From assembly GCF_009914755.1 (NCBI RefSeq), contig NC_060936.1: a stretch of DNA of 64,000 nucleotides; one strand, 5' to 3'. The notes below the pieces were generated by a model that was not told the origin of the DNA, did no database searches, and was given only the letters and a program-made list of their open reading frames with translations. A program made the translations under genes and the position numbers. How positions within the stretch are numbered: the stretch's first letter is position 1; every line of letters starts with the position of its first letter. Origin of the DNA: the human T2T-CHM13v2.0 reference genome, Homo sapiens. This document shows positions 1 through 11,629 of the stretch, one piece after another.

Positions 1-38
1 GGCAGTTCTTTATAGCAGTGTGAGAAAGGACTAGTACA
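1..38 (+). mobile_element. 3' end of a THE1/MST-type MaLR LTR
   Basis: ggcagttctttatagcagtgtgagaaaggactagtaca is the typical LTR terminus. Confidence 0.7.
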
Positions 39-438
39 CATGTGTATTACTGAGATTTTTCTATAACCACAATGCATAGTTTGAAACATGTTTTTTCCCT
101 TAAACCTTTGGCATTTACTACTGTGTCTTACTAGAATTCTAACTTAGCCTAGAATTATATACATAATTTTAATTTAGATCAATATTCTAAAAATACCATA
201 TTCCTATATACTGTTATCTAACAATTTTTAAAAATACCCTTAAATGTATAAAGATGGAGCTAGTTATTGAGGTTATAAAGGTTAACAGCTACAGAGGAAA
301 AAACTAAAACAGGTTTCCTTTTCATTTTTTATTTTAGCCAGTAATTTAAAGCATAAAAATATAAATTTGGGGTCATAAAAGTTAAAACACTACCTTCGAT
401 TTGCTCTGACCATGTCAATTGTTAAGAATTAGCTGTCA

Positions 439-752
439 GCTGACCTCCGTGGCTGACTTCTGTAATCCCAGCACTTTGGAAGATGAAGGCATGAGGATCA
501 CTTGAGGCCAGGAGTTCCAGGCCAGCCTGGTTAGCCAGGGTCTTCAGCAAGACCCTGTCTCTTAAAAAAAAAAAAAATACAAAAATTAGCTGGACGTGGT
601 GGTGCATGCCTCTAGTCCCAGCTACTGGGGAGGTTGAGATGGGAGGATCACTTGAGCCTGAGAGGTCAAGGCTGCAGCAAGCTGTGATCATCCCACTGTA
701 CTCCAGCCTGAGCAACAGAGTAAGACTCCATCTCAAAAAACAAAACAAAACA
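439..752 (+). mobile_element. Alu (AluJ-like)
   Basis: Dimeric Alu with gaggatcacttgagcc motifs and a CAAAA tail. Confidence 0.9.
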
Positions 753-1465
753 AATTAACTGTTGATATTCCTTGTTGTCACTATGCCAAGAAGGGTTATT
801 ATGAATGAGAAATATGAGAAAACTGATTGAGATGGCTTTCAGGGAAGCACATAATGCTCAGAAGCTTGGATACGACTTAGACTGCTGGGGGCTAAGGAAA
901 GAGTGAGCATCAGGAAATGTTTATGTTTCCTGAAGACTCACCCTTAGGAGGTAGTATTCACAATATGATAGGGCTGAACTCTAACTGCCCAATTCAGCAG
1001 AAGGTATAGGGAAGAAAAGCTAGTGAAGAAGGACACCTGGGCTGAGGAGGTGAGAACAACTGCAGGAAATGAGGCTTTAAGCCAACGGATGGATAGAAAC
1101 CCCTTACTCCATCCCCATTATCCTTTCTGTATCCAGAGGTGACTGTCTCTTCTAAACTCTAAACTATCTTATTATTATTCTGGTTAGAAATCTCAAAGAA
1201 ATTCTGAGAAGTTCAACAATAAAATACTTTTTTTTTTAACCTGGAAGAATCTCCAGCAATTTCCCAGTCAAACTCTACCCTCCATTTTTCAAAAGGAATA
1301 AAAATAATAATAAAACAACTAAGGACCCCTGAGGTAGGTGCCTTGCTGTTTGCTCACAAAGAGAGAACCAGAGCTTAAAACGGATTTCAGGTCCCCCGGA
1401 CTGAGAGAGGACTCTGTCCACTCTACACTGTCTGTCTGTGTAATTTGCTGCTGCTGCTGCTGCTG

Positions 1466-1799
1466 TTTTTTCTTCTACTTCTTCTTCTTTTTTTTTTTAG
1501 ACAGAGTTTCACTCTTGTTGCCTAGGCTGGAGTGCAGTGGTACGATCTTGGCTCACTGCAACCTCCGCCTCCCAGGTTCAAGCTAATCTCCTGCCTCAGC
1601 CTCCCGAGTAGCTGGGATTATAGGCACCTGTCACCACACCTGGCTTTTTTTTTTTTTTTTTTTTTTTTTTTGTATATTTACTAGAGATGGGGTTTCACCA
1701 TGTTGGCAAAGCTGCTCTCGAACTCCTGACCTCAGGTGATCCGCCCGCCTCAGCCTCCCAAAGTGTTGGGATTACAGGTGTGAGCCACTGCACCCAGCC
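1466..1799 (-). mobile_element. Alu (AluS-like) with expanded T-run linker
   Basis: Antisense Alu consensus; TSD GTAATT(T/A)GCT at 1440 and 1800. Confidence 0.92.
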
Positions 1800-1929
1800 G
1801 TAATTAGCTTCTTTACCTTTGTGCACATTCGTTCCCTTCTACTTTCACTTTCTCCAGTTAGACACTATGCCAAGACATGATATCTAATACCCAACCTACT
1901 TATTCAGTACTTAACCAGTTTGCCTATTA

Positions 1930-2255
1930 TTATCTGTTTCTTCCCAACAAGACTTTAATTTCCTGGAGAGCACAGTCAGCTTCTTTAGGTCCCTCATTAG
2001 CCCAGCCCAGAAGTAGGCACAGAACAGTAGCCACATCTAAATTCAGAAAGCATGTTGGAGAACTAGAGACTGGCTGAGCCTGGGCTGGTGGGGAGGACAA
2101 AAATGAACTGGCAAAGGAAGAAGAAAAAGCATGAAACCTTCATGGGAATAAAAGTTTAGGGACCAGCTATTTTGTTCATTGCTGTATCCCTAGCACCAAG
2201 AGCAGTGTCTGGCATATATCAGAATTCATATGATTGTTGAATAAATAAGTAGCTA
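1930..2255 (+). mobile_element. L2 3'-end fragments
   Basis: ttgttcattgctgtatccctagcaccaagagcagtgtctggcat...ttgttgaataaataa is the L2 tail pattern. Confidence 0.6.
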
Positions 2256-2564
2256 ATTCATCTATGAAAATAGCATTGGATCTGCAAGAAATTTTTATAG
2301 AAAAATAACCTATAGAAACTAATGGGGCATAAAGGATTAAGCTATAATACTAAAAGTACAAGGGGGAATGGGGAGTAGTTTTTAACAGTATATATAGCAA
2401 GTACATGGTACCCAGGTTTCTGTTCGATAGGGACACATTTTTTGTTCCATCATTAAGCAGGTTGTTTTTCTTCAGAAAAAAGATTTAAAGTTCTTTGCTT
2501 TCTATACACAGCAGGCAAAACATTGAGCCTTCAGAATAAAAATAGATAATATACTCAATAAAGA

Positions 2565-3990
2565 ACACCATGTACAAAAATCAACTCAAAATGGATTAAA
2601 GACTTAAATGTAAGATCTGACACTGTGAAAGTACTAGAAGAGAACACAGAGAAAAGGTCCATCATATTAGGCTAGGCAATGTTTTTTTGGACATAAACCC
2701 AAAAGCACAGGCAACAAAAGCAAAAATAGACAAATGGGGTTACATCAAACTAAAAAATTTCTGCACAACCAAGGAAAAAATCAACAGAGTGAAGAGATAA
2801 CCCATGGAATGGTAGAAATATCTGAGAAGTGATTAATATCCGGTAAGTGATTAATATCCAAAATACATAGGGAACTAAAACAATAGGGGGAAAACAAATA
2901 ACTGTACTAAAAATGAACAAAGGACCTGAATAGACATTTCTCAAAAGAAGACACACAAATGACCAACACATATGTGAAAAAATATTCAACATCACTGATC
3001 ATCAGGGAAAATGCAAGTTAAAACCAAAATGAGCTATTACCTCATACCTGTTAGAATAGCTATTATCGAAAAGATGAAAAATAAGTGTTGGAGAGGATAT
3101 AGAGAAAGGGGAATGCTTGCACACTGTTGGTGGGAATGTAAATTAGTACAACCGTTAGGGAAACAGTATGAAAGTTCCTCAAAAAATTAAAAGTAAACTA
3201 CTATATGATCCAGCAATCCCACTATTCGGTATACATCCAATAGTGATCTGACTTTTGTATATAATGTTCTTTATTCAGTATATTATCTTACTTTTATTCT
3301 GAAGGCTCAATGTTTTGCCTTCTGTGTATAGATAGCAAGAAAATGAAATCAGTGTGTCTGATTTCACATACTGCTGTCTGCACGCCATGTTTATTGCAGC
3401 ATTGTTCACAATATCCAAGAGATGGAATCAATGTAAATGTCCATCAATGGATAAATGAATAAAGTATAAATACATACAGTATAAACACAATGAACTATTA
3501 TTCAGCCTTTTGAAAAATGGAAATTGACAACATGGATGAACCCAGGAGATATTATGTTAAGTGAAATAAGCTAGGCACGAAAAGAAAAATATCATAGGAA
3601 CTCACTTATATGTAGAATCTGAAAAAGTTGAACTCATAAAAGTAGAGAATAGAAAGATGGTTACCAGAGGTTGGGGGAATTCGAGGGGTTAGAAAGACGT
3701 CAAAGGATATGAAAGGGTATGACCTTATTCCTCCTTGTTAGGAGGAATAAGGTCAAGAGATCTATTGTACAACATGGTGGCTACAGTTAATAACTATGTA
3801 TTGTATTCTTGAAAATTGCTAAGACAGTAGATGTTAAGTGTTCTCATCACAAAAATATGTGAAATAATACTATGTTAATTAGCTTAATTTAACTATTCCA
3901 CAATATATACATATTTCAAAACAACATGTATATGATAAATATATATATAATTTTTAATTTTTTTAATTAAACATAAATTTTAAATATACA
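2565..3990 (+). mobile_element. 5'-truncated L1 (L1MA-type; ORF2 3' end plus 3' UTR)
   Basis: aaaaatcaactcaaaatggattaaagacttaaatgtaaga, gatccagcaatcccact and an L1MA-type 3' UTR. Confidence 0.9.
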
Positions 3991-4029
3991 TATAATAAAA
4001 ATAAAGAATACCCAGTTGGGAAAGCTCAG

Positions 4030-4826
4030 GTACAGTAGGCAGAATAATGGCTTCCCAAAGATGTCCATGTCCTAATCTCCAGAACCTATGAATATATTGA
4101 TTTTTTTTTTTTTTTTTTTTTTGACAGTCTGGCTCTGTCGCCCAGGCTGGAGTGCAGTGGCGCGACCTCAGCTCACTGCAAGCTCCGCCTCCTGGATTCA
4201 CGCCATTCTCCTGCCTCAGCCTCTGATTAGCTGGGACTACAGGCGCCCGCCACCACGCCCAGCTAATTTTTTGTATTTTTAGTAGAGATGGGGTTTCACT
4301 TTGTTAGCCAGGATGGTCTCGATCTCCTGACCTCGTGATCCGCCCACCTCAGCCTCCCAAAGTGCTGGGATTAACAGGCGTGAGCCACCACGCCTGGCCA
4401 TGTTGATTTTTAATAGCGTTGAAATAGCGAAGGGGAATTAAGGTTACAGATGGAATGAATCAACTGACCTTAAAATAGAAAGATTACCCTGGAATACTCA
4501 GTGAGTCCAGTGCAATTACAAGAATCCTTAAGTGTGAGAAAGGCAAAAGTGAGCGTCAGCATAAGACATGAGAAACACTTTACCGGCCATTCCTGGCTTT
4601 GAAGATGGAGGAAGGGTCCATGAGCCAAGGACTGTAGCAGCCTCTAGAGACTGAAGGAGGCAAGGAAATTGATTCTCCCTTAGAGCCTCCAAAAAGAACC
4701 ATCCATTTGGAAACCTGCCCATCCATTTTTACTTCTGACCCCCAGAACTGTAAGATAAAACTTTATGTTGTTTAAAGCCACCACCATTGTGGTAATTTGT
4801 TACAGTGGCAACAGGAAATGTACACA
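4030..4826 (+). mobile_element. MLT1 (MLT1D-like) MaLR LTR interrupted by an Alu
   Basis: gtaggcagaataatggc...aaagatgtccatgtcctaatc start; gtaatttgttacagtggcaacaggaaa end. Confidence 0.8.
4101..4399 (-). mobile_element. AluY
   Basis: gcaagctccgcctcc...ttcacgccattctcc diagnostics; TSD AT(A/G)TTGATTTTT. Confidence 0.92.
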
Positions 4827-5331
4827 CTCAGGTTAAAAGAAAACAGAGCTGCAGAATCACATAACTCCTGGCAGATCTTCGGAGCACATGTTGGTTGGGA
4901 CTGGTTGTGAGGGTTTGGGACAGGTGGGAAATAGTTTCTGCCAGAGAAAACTGAAATACATGCAATGCTCAACTAACTTGTGCATAATTAAAGACATTAG
5001 TTGTTAAAGGGTTGAACTGTACACCCTCTCAAAATTAATATGCTGACATTCTAACCCCCAGTAACTCATAATGTAACTTTATTGGGAGATGATAGTGCAG
5101 AGATAATCAATTAAAATGAGGTAATTAGGATGGACCCTAATCCAATAAGACTAGTGTCCTTATAAAAAGGGGAAATTCAGAGACATATATACAGGGAGAA
5201 CACCATATAAACATCAAGACAGCCATCTACAAGCCAAAGAAAGAGGCCTGGAATAGATGCAGGCTTCATAACATGTTAGTTTTGGATAGCCAGCCTACTG
5301 AACTGTGAGAAAATCATTTCGTTGTTTAAGC

Positions 5332-5844
5332 CAGAGGTCACCAACACCCGGGGCGCCGACAGGTACGGGGTGCACAGCAGGAAATCAGAGGCAGGTGAGC
5401 CAGCAAAGCTTCATCTGCATTTACAGCCACTCCCCATCGCTGTCATTGCCTCCTGAGCTCCTCCTCCTGTCAGATAAGCCACGACATTAGATTTTCTTTC
5501 TTTTTCTTCCTCTTGTATTTTTGGTAGAGATGGGTTTCGCCAAGTTGCCCAGGCTGGTCTCAAACTCCTGAACTCAGGGCGATCCACCCACCAACTCCTC
5601 CTAAAGTGGTGTGATTACAGGTGTGAGCCACCGTGCCCACTAGCATTAGATTGTCATAGGAGCGTGAACCCTATTGTGAACTGCTCATGTGAGGGATATA
5701 GGTTGCGAACTCCTTATGAGACTCTAATGCCTGATGACGTAAGGTGGAACAGTTTCATTCTGAAACCATCTCCCGCCAACCTCATCGGCATCTGTGAAAA
5801 AAATTGTCTTCCACAAAATCAGTCCCTGGTGCCTGGTGCCAAAA
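5332..5844 (+). mobile_element. MER1B-like hAT-Charlie non-autonomous DNA transposon
   Basis: gcacagcagga...gcttcatctgcatttacagccactcccc...aaccctattgtgaactgc...tcttccacaaaatcagtccctggtgcc. Confidence 0.8.
5492..5641 (-). mobile_element. Alu left monomer (FLAM-like)
   Basis: Single antisense monomer; TSD CATTAGATT. Confidence 0.8.
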
Positions 5845-6184
5845 GCCATGCAGTTTGTGGTACCTTGTTACAGCAGCCCTAGCAAACTCACACAGTAATG
5901 GAGGCACTGAACGAAAAAGTATATGATTTTCATTGAAGCAAATACTTCATGATGTCTCATTGAAAGACCTAGCTGCCCCCTAGCTAGCTGTCAGTGGAGA
6001 TTCCGGTGCATTGAGGGGGAAAAACCAGGTAGACAGCACAGAGTTCTGTTTCCAGGTGTATTTCAGTTGAGCTGTGCTGCACATTACAGTAACTCGACTC
6101 CTTTATTGCCACTACTTCCCACCGAGTGGGAAGGAAGTGTGGTCTCATAGGTATAAGAAACTCCAATGTGGAGAGGACCCATCA

Positions 6185-6583
<399 letters not shown>

Positions 6584-6929
6584 TCATTTAAATATCGCAA
6601 CAACCCTGGAAAGTAATTACCGTATTTATGCTTTGCAGATGAGGAAGCCGAAGCTGAAAGCAATGATTCCATGGTCTGAAAGGCTATGCAGTCCTCTGAC
6701 AAGTAATTCCTGTAACCTCATTCTTTCCCTTCCCCCTCTCCTGATGGCCCCCTCTCCAGGAATAAACAGAGGTCCCCCATTCCTGGGTTTTCTCATGTTT
6801 CTCTCTGCACCAAATCTGCTGAGTCAGGTTTACTCCCTTATCATATAGAAACACAGAAGCCAAACCCCACAAGATGCTGGTTCCGAAGAAACACAGGTTA
6901 ATTCACTTGGTGATTTCTGTTTGTTCACA

Positions 6930-7560
6930 TAAACACCCGTTCCGCTCCCAGCCTCTTCCCTTTTTCTCCCTCCCCAACTGCAAAGTCCTCCCCCAGCTGC
7001 CTCGCTGCCATTCCCTTCCCACCTTCTTTACCCTCCCCGCCGCGCCCGCCCCCCATTCCCCGTTCACTACCGTGTCCCTCCTCTGGTCACTCCGGTTTCC
7101 GATGGCACCGGCCCAGTCGGAGGGGAAATAATGACAGGGTTGGGTAGGGCAAGGTGTGCCAGCCTCAAGGAAATGCTTTTCAGTCCCTCCTTCCCACTGC
7201 GGGGCGTGGCTGCCGGCAAAGGATGGAGTTCGGGCGGGCTCCCGCGAAGGGAAGTCTGCGGGCTCCGAGGTTTCCGGGACTCGCCACACTCGAGCCACAG
7301 GAAACCTCTGCTGCAACTGTAAAGGCTGGACTTGTTGCTGATCTATACTCATTTCCTACTCTAGTGATTGCTAGATGTCAGGTATCACGGTGACTCCAGT
7401 CCAGGTGAAAACGGAGTCACGATACAGGGCAACAGCGCCACCTCACGGCCGGCCCCGTAGCAGCGGCCTCCATTGGCGCCTAAAAATGGTCAGGATTCAC
7501 ATTCAGGTGGATTATTCCGCGCCAGGAACATTCTCCACCTGAAGGCTTTGCCGGGGTGTT
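6930..7560 (-). promoter_or_regulatory. STYK1: CpG island; probable promoter and non-coding first exon of STYK1
   Basis: CpG-dense non-repeat island about 25 kb downstream of YBX3. The gene name rests on recalled gene order at 12p13.2; no STYK1 coding exon is in the window. Candidate minus-strand donors ACG|GTAGTG (7071/7070) and AGG|GTAAAG (~7031). Confidence 0.65.
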
Positions 7561-7577
7561 ACAAGATAATACTGAAG

Positions 7578-7885
7578 GGACGGGAGTGGTGGCTTACGCC
7601 TGTAATCCCAGAACTTTGAGAGGCCAAGGCGGGTGGATCACCTGAGGTCAGCAGTTCGAGACCAGCCTGGCCAACGTGGCGAAACCCCGTCTCTACTAAA
7701 AATACAAAAATTAGGCGTGATGGCGGGCGCCTATAATCCCAGCTACTCAGGAGGCTGAAGCAGGAGAATCTCTTGAACCCAAGAGGCAGAGATCGCATAG
7801 AGCCGAGATTGTGCCACTGCATTGCAGCTTGGGCGACAGAGCAAGACTCCGTCTCAGAAAAAAAAAAAAAAAAAGAAAAAAAAAA
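7578..7885 (+). mobile_element. AluS
   Basis: Full-length Alu with poly(A); TSD A(A/G)TACTGA. Confidence 0.92.
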
Positions 7886-7977
7886 GTACTGACCACTGCG
7901 GAGACGTGGGGGAACCTATAAGGAATTAATGAGAATTAAAACCCCAAGATTACGTAATAGATCATTCATTTAGAGCC

Positions 7978-7989
7978 CGCGCGCGCGCG

Positions 7990-8028
<39 letters not shown>
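7978..8028. repeat. Compound microsatellite (CG)10C(AC)12(AT)3
   Basis: Read directly. Confidence 0.95.
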
Positions 8029-10192
8029 CCCATTATGTCCTGGGTTCTCCTCTGGGGAAACAGTGAACAAGGTAGTTATGTTACCCGTCCACATGGAAAC
8101 TAAAATAATAGAAAATACTTAAGACAATAGATAGCTGAAGGAATTCTGTTAGATATTAACACCTAATACAAATTCAATTAAAGAAATAAGAGTCATAGGT
8201 AACTTGAATATGTGACCAATTTATTCAGCATTGAACGCATACCAAACACAAACTGACAGTCATTAGAGCAAAAAGAACTTGAGTCAATGTAATGTGGCAT
8301 ATTTAGAGATTGAGGTATGTCAGTTCTCTAGAGCTTTCTCTATTGGCATTTTCACTTCCTTCAGGGCTTTTTAAAAACAGGATGAATTGTACTTAATGCC
8401 ACTGAACTGTTCATTTTTAAATGGCTAATGGTTGATTTTATGTTATGTGAATTTTACCTCAAAAGGGGAAAGGAAGACATCTCATCAGTTAGTTGTTCTT
8501 TAGATTCTTTATGTCATAAGTGATACATCAAATCCAAATGAACTGATTGGAACTTCATATTATGTAATTTTCTACTCTACCTCCCCAAGCATGCTCCTCC
8601 ATGACAGATAAAGTGGTTTACTCATTTTTAAAATTTCTGCAATGTATTGCTAGATACTCATTCTGATGCACAGAATTTTGTCTAAAATCTAGTTACTATT
8701 ATAGAAATAGAAGTTAAAAAAGAAACCAAAATACAATCCAGAAAGGGGAGGCAAAATTTTTCTCTCCAATTTTTTTGAGCAAATCACATAAATTATACAT
8801 TAAAAACATTTTGAGTTAGAGAAAACACTGGAAATGATAATGCCCACACACAGAAACAACTAAGTACCAAATAGTCTGAGTTACACAGCAGACATTCACC
8901 AGGAGTTATATATGTATAGCTAGTCCCACACATTATACTCATTAATAAGATGGTTAGAATATCCATTATTTCTCTTTTTTCTTCAAGTTTTCATTCCCTT
9001 GTAATTTCAATTATTACCTCCATCTCAAATTTATAAGCCTCCAACTCATTGTCAACAATGCTTTGGCCCCAGTGTTTCTACCAGATCGTTATTTCTGCCT
9101 CATTATTAATTCCATAGGAATTTGTTGAATGCCCATTATCTCTCTGTCCAGATTAAGTACTGAACGGTAGTGGGAAGTCACACTGAAATATACACTGGAG
9201 ATCTCTTCCTTCTCCAGTTTAGCCTACATGAATCCTAACTGCCAGATCCTGCGCTCCTCTAAACTGTTAAAGCCATCCATCCATGTGTTACTTAGTATAT
9301 TCCCTCTTGTATGATTCTGCAGTTGTGAGGAAGGAATCTACTGGTTTAGTGGGGTGGAATCTATTTACGGAAGGCATGGAGGAATTCCTGGAAAGTCACT
9401 CATTATAAGAAAAAAGAAAATCAAAGCACAAAGGTATTTTCCACTAACAAGAATAGCTTGGGGTTCAGCGCTGGGTCTGCATCTCAATGTCCTTTGGCCA
9501 AGCCCGTATGCAATAACAGAGTCCTAGTGAGAGGGGACTCTCAAGTACAACTGGTAGAGTTATTTCACAGAAAAATACAACAGCAACAACAAAACCGTAT
9601 GAGACCTTGTGTACACAAGGTAGCTTTGCTTTGGAACTGTTTTCAAGGGAATATAACACAAAAGCGGGGCAGGTGAATTCTTCCAACTTTATCTGGAAAT
9701 GCAGTTCAACTTTCACAAAAGGGCAAGCAGTGGCTACCAGTAGGAGATAGCTCCACATGGGCCTGAGGCTTACCTGAAAGGCTTGCACTGGCACAGAGGA
9801 TCAGAGTCACTCTGATGAAAATTATAAACAAAGTCAGCAGTAGAGTCACTGCTGCAGCAATGCCTGGCATGTAAATGGAGTTCCCAGGCATTTAGAGAAC
9901 AATAGACATCACCAGAAGAAATCTAAGACAAGGAAAAGAGTGGATTCTATGTAGCCGCTAGGGTTTGGGATTGTGAAAATTTATGAGGTCCTCTACTATC
10001 TTGAGGATCTTCAGGGACAGTTGGGGAAAAGATCTTTTAAGAAACAACAGAGGTTCTGCAACCAACTAAAGGCGGCGACAGAGTATGGGAAATTACTATT
10101 CATATGACCTCATGTTTAACCCTGGTTGGTATACCCTAGAGAATATTGATCATTGGTAAGCTTCCATGTATATGTTGTTTCTTTTTACCTTA

Positions 10193-11270
10193 TATATTAG
10201 TTTTCCATTGCTAACATAACACATTACCACACACTTAGTGGTCTAAACAACATAAATGTTTTATTTTACAGTTCTGTAAGTCAGAAGTCAACAAAATTCT
10301 ATGTGGATTAAAATCAAGGTATTAGCAGGCCTGTATTCTTTTCTAGAGGTTCCTGGGAAGAATTTGTTTTCTTGCCTTTCCCAGCTTATAAAGGTCTCCC
10401 ATATTCTTTGGTTGATAGCCTTTTTGATCCCCCCGTCTTCAGAGCCAACAGTGGCTGGTTGAGTCCTCTCACATCAGGTGTGTGTTTCTGTGACCCTTCT
10501 GTCATTGCTGTGTGTCCTGCTCTCTCTGACCACAGATCGGAAAGTTTCTCCACCTTTAAGGACTCACATGATGAGTAGATTGGGCCCACAGGATAATCTT
10601 CTTCTGTGAAGCTCCATTCACGTCTACAATGTCACTGTCGCCATTAAAGGTAGCATAATTGTTACCGGTGGAGGGTGTCCAGGTTCTTGGCGTTTTGAAC
10701 CAAGAATTGGATGGACAAAAGGCACAAACAAGCAATGAAAGAAAATCACAGATTTATTAAAATAAAAGTACACTCCACAGACTGAGCAGGTTCGAGCAAG
10801 TGGCTCAAGAGCCTGGTTACAGAATTTTCTGGGGTTCAAATACTCTCTAGAGGTTTCCTGTTTGTTACTTGGTTTAAACCCTATGTAAATAAAGTAGTGG
10901 CCAGCAACCAGTCTGACTGGTGGTGCAAAATGACCAATTGGAGGCTGAAGTGAAGTTACAAATTTACACATGAAGACTTGGCCTGCAACCAGTCTGATTG
11001 GTTGCAGGAGGAGACCAATTGGAGGTCCTTTCATTTTTCATCTGCAACGGCAGAAAAGGGTGGAGGGGGGAGTTGCAAAGGAAGTAGCCTCTGATCGTTT
11101 TGTTACTTGGATGTGGAGAGGTGGGGTTTTCCTTTTGATTCAGTTCTAGGAAGTCAGAGCCAATCGGTCTTAGGTTTCCTGCCTTCAGACCCTGTTCTCC
11201 TGCCTCATAATCACAGGTTCTGAGGATTAGGGTGTGGACATATTTGGGGGCCATTATTCTGCCTACCACA
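10193..11270 (-). mobile_element. MLT1D-like LTR split by a MER51 insertion
   Basis: Ends tatattagttttccattgct and ggggccattattctgcctaccaca (reverse complement of the MLT1D start). Confidence 0.8.
10660..11207 (-). mobile_element. MER51-family ERV1 solo LTR (548 bp)
   Basis: TG...CA termini; reverse-complement start TGAGGCAGGAGAACAGGGTCTGAAGGCAGG; 4-bp TSD TAAT at 10656-10659 and 11208-11211. Confidence 0.85.
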
Positions 11271-11629
11271 TATTGCTTGGAAGAGCTTGCGGTGTAAGGT
11301 CCATGTCTTACACCTCTTTGTAGTCTCTGTTTCCTGTAAATACTAAAAGATCAATAAATAAATAAAATAAAATAAAATAAAATAAAATAAAAAATAAATT
11401 TTAAAAAATGTTGTTGACCATAAAAACATATACCACTTGCCAACTACTTTTATTCTCCTCAAGAACATTCGTTCTCCCTATGGATTAAAAAAATGTGATA
11501 ATTAAGGATATTATGTCAACCATTTGGGGCCACTCATTTTTTTCTTCTCGTTTTCCTTCTTTCCTCAGGATTCTCAAAGAATCATTCAGTTTAGCATGAC
11601 TGTTAGCGATCACTGACCTACAGCTAGAT

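Larger units (their letters stand above)
5002..5893 (+). mobile_element. MLT1 (MLT1B/C-like) LTR hosting MER1B and an Alu monomer
   Basis: LTR 5' part 5002-5331 resumes at about 5845 and ends cagccctagcaaactcacaca. Confidence 0.75.

Noticed and set aside
422-748. Alu-derived ORFs (also 1338, 6182, 7559, 28342, 35381, 38186, 47914, 48426)
   Set aside because: Translations such as [13 protein letters not shown] and [13 protein letters not shown] are standard Alu reading frames, not genes
9285-9420. Possible second orphan exon resembling a kinase juxtamembrane segment
   Set aside because: The acceptor is ambiguous (intervening AG), two of three frames have stops and the resemblance to STYK1 is no better than chance by eye
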